The notes under the pieces are model-generated. The model did not search any database, had not been told where the DNA came from, and saw nothing but the letters and a program-made list of their open reading frames with translations. The position numbers were made by a program, and so were the translations under genes. Below, piece by piece: positions 54,626-64,000 of a stretch of 64,000 bases of DNA (position 1 is the stretch's first letter; the number at the start of each line of letters is the position of its first letter). The stretch comes from Octopus vulgaris (lineage: Eukaryota), in NCBI GenBank assembly GCA_951406725.2, contig OX597833.1:49352001-49416000 (forward strand), written 5' to 3'.

Positions 54626-55301
54626 AAAAAATGCAACGGAATGCCATTGATTATAAACCTATCGATCAGGCTGACTTTGCGTTAAGCAACAATTTGTATA
54701 TCTTTCGTTGGCAATATCAGACGTTAAGATTTAACATTTTTGTCCTCTTTGAATGCTACGTAAAAAGTTTTTATATTTGTCTGTCTTCTAATAAACAGGA
54801 ATATTTAGGGTTAACCATTACATATGCAGTCAAACATATGCACACCACAAACAATGGAATTACGTAAGTAAATATATTTGTACGTAGATGTTAAGTGTGC
54901 GTATTTTTATATGCATAAATCTTGTTCTGTTGATATTCAATTAAGTATGCAATTTGTTATATCTGAATATTTAATATTTCCTTACAGCTTGGGAAACATC
55001 GCCACTCAGACACATAAGTTTGTTTCATGATTGGATCAACAAGAAGACAGTTTGTCGTTATTAAATTATTTATTTTGTTTGCTTATAAGTAGTTTAGTAG
55101 AACATTGCATTTGTAACTAACTAACAATAAATTTGCAATCTTTTTTTTTCCTTACATATGAAGTAATTTTAGTAACAATATATATATGTATATAAATATA
55201 TATATATACTATTAATATATTAATATAGGATTTTTCAGAAAAAAAAACTTCATCAAAAAATGTGGCAGCATATTAAAATACCTTTAAGGTTAAAATTATA
55301 A

Positions 55302-55596
55302 ACAACCTATAAACAAGGACTAAAGAATATTATTTCTATGCCAATATGCTGATAACAGACTTTTAAATCGTCTGTTTCCATATATTATTTACTCGCTACA
55401 GAAAATACGTAGAGCTGAATCGAGGATAGCTAGCCAACAGGATTAAAGAAAAAAATCATGTTGGCTAGCTTTCCTCGATTCAGCTCTACATATTTTCTGT
55501 AGCGAGTAAATAATATGTGGATATTGACGATTTAAAAGTCTGTTATCAGCATATTGGCATAGAAATAATTTTCTTTAGCCCTTGTTTAAAAGTTGT
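55302..55596. repeat. ~138-bp inverted repeat with a 19-nt loop, near (TA)n
   Basis: Arms 55302-55439 and 55459-55596, e.g. ttatttctatgccaatatgctgataacagacttttaaatcgtc / gacgatttaaaagtctgttatcagcatattggcatagaaataa. Confidence 0.93.
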
Positions 55597-55629
55597 ATGT
55601 ATATATATATATATATGACTTATATCATC

Positions 55630-56012
55630 TTTTACTTGTTTCAGTCATTATATGGAGGCCAAGCTGGGGCACAGCTTTGAAGGATCTTTAGAAGAATGAA
55701 TCGATCCTAGTACTTATTTTTAAAACCTCGTACTCACTCTATCGGATTCTTTTGTCGAACAGTTAAGTTATGGGGGACGTAAACACACCAACACCGGTTG
55801 TCAAGCGGTGGATAGAGACAAACATAAATACAAAGACACACACACACACACACACACATATACGGTTTATGTGCACCAAATGTATTCACAAGGCTCTGGT
55901 CGACCCGAGGTTACAAACGAAGGCACGTGCCCAAGGTGCCATGCAGTGGGACTGCACCCGGAATCATGTGATTGGAAAGCAAGCTTCTTACCACACAGCC
56001 ACGCCTGCGCCT
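55630..56012 (-). mobile_element. SINE family A, diverged
   Basis: From tail ttttacttgtttcagtca to head cacagccacgcctgcgcct. Confidence 0.85.
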
Positions 56013-56622
56013 ATAAAGATCGGATAGCAAGCCGCCAGAGATGATCGAACTCGTAACTCACAAACTCCAGTTCAGCGCCCTGTAACATTAAGCTAAAAAG
56101 CCTATGACATATAAATTTTTCATTTCTTTGTTTTGTTTTTTTTGCAAATGATATTGCATATTTTTGTAAATATGGTATTGTTATTTTTAATTAATATTTT
56201 GCTTTTAATCTATAATTAAATTGTTTAGAACTACCGGCTAACATGTGTCCCATCGATTTACTGTCATCAACGTTAAATATGAAAGGATAACCGAGAATGT
56301 AAATAGTTTCGTTATCAAATAGCTTCGTTTTTTATTTTTAAATATCCTCATTATTAAATGTCAAGATTAAATTGAAAAATAATCAATAAAGATAGTACAA
56401 ATACAAAATTCATGGAGTGGATACCAAACGGAAATATGGGTTAAAATATTGTCAAAAACCATTACCAGCAACTCAATTAAATAACACATCATATGATCTC
56501 AATACTAACCTGCTTTTGAGAAAATGTCACATATTACTGAAGTTGTTGATGTGTCGCCTTATTTCAAATATATTCATAGTTGTCAGTGTAACATACATAC
56601 ATGCATTACACATACACACAGT

Positions 56623-56757
<135 letters not shown>

Positions 56758-56955
56758 CAGTGCACATTTAAACACATAATTAGTGGTTTGGACTTTATCT
56801 GTTCTTTCTAGCGTAAAGGATTCCTATAATGGAAATCTCTTAATGTGTTTAAATGCACGCTGTATTTTATATGATGAATAATATATAGTCTATTGACTAA
56901 TTTTTCTATATGCTAGGCCACTGGTAGTAAAAATTTCTAAAATCTTTATTACCCT

Positions 56956-57012
<57 letters not shown>

Positions 57013-57194
57013 CAGTTTTATTTGAAATTTTCTTGCCAATAGAGAAAGAGCCGTTTTCTAACCTAGATCCAACTCTCATTCATTGACATTTTCAAATATC
57101 AACGGTATTTTTTCATGTATGTGTGTTTATGTGCAGTATTTGGAGTCAGTACATGTATAGACTTATACATGTTGATATATGTATGTTGATAGAT

Positions 57195-57624
57195 GCAGAC
57201 GAAATACCTATTTCTTTACTACCTACAAGGGGCTAAACACAGAGGGGACGAACAAGGATAGACAAACGGATTAAGTCAATTATATCGACCCCAGTGCGTA
57301 ACTGGTCCTTATTTAATCGACCCCGAGAGGGTGAAAGGCAAAGTCGACCTCGGCGGAATTTGAACTCAGAACGTAGCGGCAGACGAAATAACCTATTTCT
57401 TTACTACCCAGAAGGGGCTAATCACAGAGAGGATAAACAAGGACAGCCAAACGGATTAAGTCGATTATATCGACCCCAGTGCGTAACTGGTACTTAATTT
57501 ATCGACACCGAAAGGATAAAAGGCAAAGTCGACTTCGGCGGAATTTGAACTCAGAGCGTAACGGCAGACGAAATACGGGTAAGCATTTCGTCCAGCGTGC
57601 TAACGATTCTGCCGGCTCGCCGCC
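57195..57624 (-). mobile_element. SINE family B multimer
   Basis: Head plus two full units and part of a third. Confidence 0.9.
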
Positions 57625-57638
57625 CTGAAAGGGAATTA

Positions 57639-58030
57639 TCTTTGTATATAAATCTGTAGTTGTGTGAGTGTCTGTCCCCTTCGATTTAGATTCCTAACTA
57701 CTCCCACATTTTGCGGTGCAGTTTAACCAAAACCGAGTATCTTATAGTCGGGATTCATATCGAGCCCTTCTGGGTATTAGCGCCCGTCTACGATGAGTCT
57801 ACGATTTAAAAAATAATTTACCATCATTTTTTTCCATTTTCATGCATATTTTTTTAAAGGGAAGTAACTCTCTAAAAATGTCTACGATGAGTCAACGATT
57901 TAAAAAAAAATTACCATCATATTTTTTCCATTTTTAATGCATTTTTTGCTATTTTTTGGCTATAACTCTCAAAAAATGCTGTATAGTTATTTCCCTTACA
58001 AACCCGAGCAACGCCGGGCGATACTGCTAG
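57639..58030 (+). mobile_element. Non-autonomous Helitron, copy 3
   Basis: A|TC start, interior matching 12125-12522, and a hairpin plus CTAG|T end. Confidence 0.88.
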
Positions 58031-59929
58031 TATTGAATAAAATTATTATTAACTGATCCTCTAGTGTTTTGTTTTACTCAAAGCCTGGAACTTTTCAGCA
58101 GCGCCTCGTATATATTTCATAGTGAAACACTTTTCGCGGAATGTACGCTGTTTTCATATTTATGAATTACACTTGCCAACTCTACTGTCGTTGTCAAAGA
58201 TTTTTTGAGTGGTTTTAAAGAAAGTTTGGGCATAAATTCTGCTAGATTGGATTAGTTTTTGACATAATCGAAGCTTCTTTTTTGAGAATTTGCTACGCTT
58301 AGTCTTTGAAAACGTATTATTTTTATGATATACCATAGTTATTTTTTATTTTTAGGTATCAGCTCGTTTACCACATTTTAACTCTAAAAATTAGGAAAAA
58401 GCACACACAAAATATTTGATCTTAAGCAATAATAGCGTCAAATAGAATACAATAAGACTTGCTAATTAAGTATATTAAAATATATTAAGCAGTCCTTAAA
58501 AAAACCCTGTAAAAATCTTGTATGATTTTCTTTGTGTGGTTTTGCTGAGATTAAGTTTAATCGTCTCAAATCATGTTGTCACTGCATCCAGACCCTGTTG
58601 AATTAAATCATTTATAAGCTTTAGTGGATATCTCACTTGATTGCAGAAAATTCTACGATGTAGATTTGGTCACTCAGAATTTCTACTTACATCAAACACT
58701 CGAGTTTTGTGTAAAATTATAGTTACTGTTTTATGAAGTAATTATTTGGATACGTTTCAAACCTTTATATACATGAAAACAATTGGGATTCTCACGGCAC
58801 ACTAAAATTACCCCTTTTAGCAGTATACAAAAAAAAAAAACAAAAAAAATGGCCACCCATCTTATTTGAATACTTTCTAACAGTTTATAATTCAGTTCTT
58901 GTTTTCACTACTGTTATTATTACCAACAACCACTTTCTCCTGTATTCCACTCTTTACTGTTTATATTTCAATCTCTCTTCCCTCTCTCTTTCTCTCTCTT
59001 TCTTTCTCTCTTTCTTTCTCTCTTTCTCTCTCTTTCTCTTTTCCTCTTTCTCTCCCCTCTACTGCACCTCTCACATCTCCTTTAGTCTATTATTCCTCTC
59101 TACGATAACTATCGCTGCCTTTGGATAGTAAGAAGCAAGGAAATTGATCAGCATTAATCAAGCTCAAATTCCTTACATTTGTAAGAAAAAGGAAATGGAA
59201 AGCTGAGACATTTTATGCCTTTCTCAAGAGCATTGGTAGCTTAAGTGAAGTGACTTTTTCCTCAATACCAAATCGAAGTGCGGTTGCAGCCCTAGTCGTC
59301 AATTATTACAAATATTGGTTTCTATTGACTAAACGCACGACCAAATTTACCAAGCGGAGAGCTAGAGACAATTAACTTGATCCTGGAGTATAATTGGTAA
59401 ATATTTTATCAATCCTCAGCAGTATTTGAATTTAGAACTATACATGTAACTGGATACTTTATTGCTTCAAACACGATTCTCTCTTATCTCTCAATCTCCA
59501 CTCGCTAATCTTGTTGTTTTAGCCCGTCTTATCCGCGACTATTGCTACTAAAGATGAGATTATTATCGTTACCGTTGGAGATATTTATTTAAAAGGTATG
59601 AACATCATTGATTCCAGTGTCTTCTATAAATCTGATGCCTTGCAACACAAACCATAACAGTATCGATGCAAGCAATGATTATTTTTATTGCTTTTGTATT
59701 AGAAACTCGAAACTAAGCAAATAAGATGTTGGTGGTTGTGTAGTTAAAAGACTTCGCTCGCAAGGATGTGGTTCCGCGTTCGACTTCATTGTTTGACTGT
59801 TTTGAAAATTTCCTTTAACGACATACTCGTATCGAACCAAGTCTTGTGAGTGGAGAACCAAGTCTTGTGAGTGGAATTCAGATTGACTGTGTCTGTTCTT
59901 ATCGAGAAGACAATACTTCGTTCGATATA

Positions 59930-60146
59930 CGATTGGGGTGCTGAAAAGTTCTTGGCTTTGGATAAAAGAAAATACAGGAGGATCAGCTAATTATGATTTT
60001 ATGCAACATATCTCCTTCTCAGATTCACGCACTTATTGTAGCGGTACCTCCGTTTTTCAAAGTCCCGTAAAAGAACTCAGAAGGTTGGGGCTCCAGCCAG
60101 GCTTTCCGCAATGCCCTTAAAGCCAGGAGCTTTTCAGCACCACTCG
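59930..60146 (-). mobile_element. Mariner-derived MITE retaining the last transposase codons
   Basis: TIRs ggggtgctgaaaagttcttggcttt / aaagccaggagcttttcagcacc. The minus strand reads RYNKCVNL then GxYV in a shifted frame, typical of mariner C-termini. Confidence 0.7.
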
Positions 60147-60967
60147 CGTGACCACCATCAATTGACCATCCTGGGTGTTTCTATTAGAGTCTATTATATT
60201 AAAAACCTTTCGGATCAGGTCTCAATATCCTTATGCAGATGCCCACTGGTCGTGGTTTTTACCTTTCCTTCCACTTGCTCCTTAGATCCTGTAGGGGTTA
60301 TAGGCGCCTCCCATCTCCAACACAATCAAACGAGCTAACAATTGTACCCTATCGCTAAAATGGCCATTATTTAACGCCTTATTATTGTTGGGAAACTCTT
60401 TTCGTTCGTGGTGCCATAAGTTACATCTTAAAAACCCTGTTAACTGGAATGTCACTTACATGCACACATGTATTTTAGTTTTAGGCTAATGCCAAAGATT
60501 ATGTTTTTACGACATAAAATTTGCTGGAAATTTATTAAAGATCTTCAACGGGTCACTTAAACCTCTTCGTTCGTCACAGCTGACAATCGTGTCACAGATT
60601 AATCATCACTGTTTATTTACTGTTTTACGAAAGGAAGGGAATATTGTACAATATATCTCCCGATAATGTCACCAAATGAAAAACAGTATTAACACAGTTG
60701 GAATATGTTACATTATATGCTTTCTGACTATAATAACCACACCCAAGAATAATAACTTCTGATATAAATTCAAGGCCACATAAGGAAGGTTTAGTCGAGT
60801 TAACCGACCCCAATATATGACTGGTATTTTATTTTATCGAACTCAAGTGATTGAATAGTATGGATGACAGCAGTGGAATGTGAACTTGGAACATAATAAA
60901 TCGTGAGAAATCCTGCAAGGTGCTTTATCTGAACCTCTAAAAATTTCGCAGATCCACTGCTTTAACC

Positions 60968-61022
<55 letters not shown>

Positions 61023-61282
61023 TATTTCTTTACTACACACAAGGGGATAAACACAGAGGGGACAAACAAGGACAGACAAACGGATTAAGTCGATTATATC
61101 GACCCTGAAAGGATGAAAGGCAAAGTCGGACAAGGCCACGTCCGCACCTATGATAATAATTCTGCAACTGTTACAGTTTATGCTGCTGATGCCACTGATT
61201 GAGGATGCGGCAGAAAAACCACGTACTTTTGTTGTTTCGAAGTATATTAACGAGTCAAGTTAGGCAGTGGTGTCCTCATACA

Positions 61283-61681
61283 AGAAGGCGGTGAGCTGGC
61301 AGAATCGTTAGCACGCCGGGCGAAATGCTCAGGGGTATTTCGTCTGCCGTTACGTTCTGAGTTCAAATTCCGCCGAGGTCGACTTTGCCTTTCATCCTTT
61401 CGGGGTCGATTAAATAAGGACCAGTTACGCACTGGGGTCGATATAATCGACTTAATCCGTTTGTCTGTCCTTGTTTGTCCTCTCTGTGTTTAGCCCCTTT
61501 GGGGAGTAAAGAAATAGGTATTTCCGTCTGCCTTTACGTTCTGAGTTGAAATTCCGCCGAGGTCGACTTTGCCTTTCATCCTTTCGGGTCGATAAATTAA
61601 ATACCAGTTACGTACTGAGGTCGATGTAATCGATTGCCCCTACCTAAAAATTTCGGGCCTTGTGCCTAGAGTAGAAATGAA
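61283..61681 (+). mobile_element. SINE family B dimer
   Basis: 15-bp TSD tggtgtcctcataca at 61268-61282 and 61682-61696. Confidence 0.93.
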
Positions 61682-62616
61682 TGGTGTCCTCATACAGCTA
61701 ATGTTTTACTATCTTGTTTTAATTTGGAACGGTGCACACCGTATGACTGTTGTTGAAACGTTTGCCAACTTGTAGAATGCGGGAATGCTTTTTCCTATTA
61801 TTGCTTGCTTTTGTTTTTATTGCACTTTGTATTTTATGCCGAATAAAGAAATTTACACTCAACAGATTCTCCAGGCAGGCAAGTGGTGCACTTTTGTTTC
61901 TTATCGTCTCTTTTAGCTCTGAGCAGATAAAAAAATTCACGAAATTTGAAATTGCAGAGCTGAATATTTCATAAGGGACAATAACCAATATAAGATATAT
62001 AGAAACTGTAAAGGAGGGCCAAATAATGAAATGAAAACAATGATATTTTCTATGAAATAGTAAAGAGGGTGAGAAAATATATTCCATAAAATATCCAAGA
62101 GAGTAGAAATACATTCTTCATTCGAAGAAAGGAAAATTTCTGGTTATCTTTACCGATTTATCAATATATTTGACAACGTATTTTGCATTTTCAGTTAAAC
62201 TTCGTTTCCATCGCCATATTTTCTCATTATCTCACTATGAAAATATTGACTGCTAGGATTTTGAATGTAAAGTGATATTCAATTCTATAAGCGCTATAGC
62301 GCTATGGGGATGTTTTCCATTTCTCTTTTAAATGGATACTTATGATATCTGTTATCACTTCTACATTATAATATGATTCGTCTTATTCGACTCAACAACC
62401 TCTTTTAACATTTTTCAGTTTTATATGAAGAAAGTTCATGTGTTTATTAGGTTTCATTATTTTTCTATCATCGTTTATAATTGGAATCTAATAGAGGCAG
62501 CTGTATATTTGTAAACAGATATGTGTGTATGTGTGTGTACAATCATTCGTACAAACAAGCGTATACTTATATTAACATTAATATGTATATATATGTGTGT
62601 ATTATCTATCTGTCTA

Positions 62617-63058
<442 letters not shown>

Positions 63059-63253
63059 TCTCTCTGTGTCTATCCTACCTACCTATGTATCTATCTACCT
63101 ACGTACCTATCTACCGACCGACCGACCGATCAATCTATCTATATATTATATATATTTGTATATGTATATGTTTATATGTATATATATATATATTTGTTTA
63201 TGTCAGGTCGCTCTAGAGTGCTATTGGTAACATGTAATCCAGTACAACCTGTT

Positions 63254-63795
63254 GCATGGTCGGGTCGGGTCGGCGACTAAACTAACAACCTCTCAGGGAA
63301 GGCCACCCTTAAGATTGTCCAGACCTATGCTCCCACAAGTGCCAGCGACGATGACGTGGTGGAAGAATTCTATCGACAGCTAGACAAAGGGCTGGCTGTG
63401 AAGTCCACTTACACCGTCGTGATGGGAGACTTCGATGCAAAGGTTGGACATGGACGACAAGGGGAAGAGTATGTCGGGAGATTCAGCATAGGAGAGAGAA
63501 CCGAGAGAGGAGAACGTTTGGTTACCATGGCAGAGGCGAGGCGGCTCTACATCGGAAACAGCCTATTCAGGAAGAAGGAGAAAAAGAGATGGACCTGGGT
63601 ATCACCAAGGAAGGCTATGGGAGTGTGTCTGAGAGAGAAGAAGGGAAGAGTCTCGGAGGAAACTACGAAGTTTCTCGAGAAGAGGAAAAATATGAAGAGG
63701 ACTATTGAAGATCACTTTGAATATTCCCTTCTCAGCAGAGTGATTCGTCAGCAACTGAAGAGAGACTTTGATGCATACCGGATGGAGAAGCTCTA
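63254..63795 (+). pseudogene. RTE-clade LINE fragment: AP-endonuclease domain with internal deletion
   Basis: LKIVQTYAPTSASDDDVVEEFY...VVMGDFDAKVG...GERLV...NSLFRKKEKKRWTWVSP, then a jump to linker sequence. In-frame stop at 63278; no RT domain in the window. Confidence 0.88.
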
Positions 63796-64000
63796 TATGA
63801 TTGTTGTTGAGTGCTGTTTGATTATGTGATGGAAAAAACTATTTAGCAACTCTGTATTAGACTAACCAACAAAGAAGTAAATAAATAAACAAATAAATAA
63901 TAATATTGTTATATTTCGGAATGGTCATTTTGCCAGTTTCATGCCCAGGGAAGTAAGACGTTCAGAATATGGCAAATGCCTACGCCAGAAATATCAACCA

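Overview
This window is non-coding, very AT-rich eukaryotic DNA. The repeat families look like those of an octopus or other coleoid cephalopod; this is recognition from memory, not a database result. No intact host protein-coding gene is supported, and nearly all ORFs in the track are microsatellite or SINE artefacts. The window is a mosaic of: microsatellites; four tRNA-headed SINE families (labelled A-D here), one forming TSD-flanked ~185-bp multimers; three internally deleted mariner elements; small TIR elements, including a family with 8-bp TSDs; four non-autonomous Helitrons, two joined head-to-tail; and 5'-truncated CR1/L2-like and RTE LINE fragments. The most interesting signal is a dispersed set of type I hammerhead-ribozyme-like motifs (CUGANGA...GAAAC-palindrome-GUH) in AT-rich inserts that mostly lie next to (TA)n tracts. 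One sits in both arms of a 163-bp inverted repeat, suggesting a Penelope-like/retrozyme-type mobile RNA system. Also notable are a SINE-LINE shared 3' stem-loop with covariation and a TSD-flanked 362-bp structured RTE-derived element. All ribozyme calls are candidates from manual reading and are untested.
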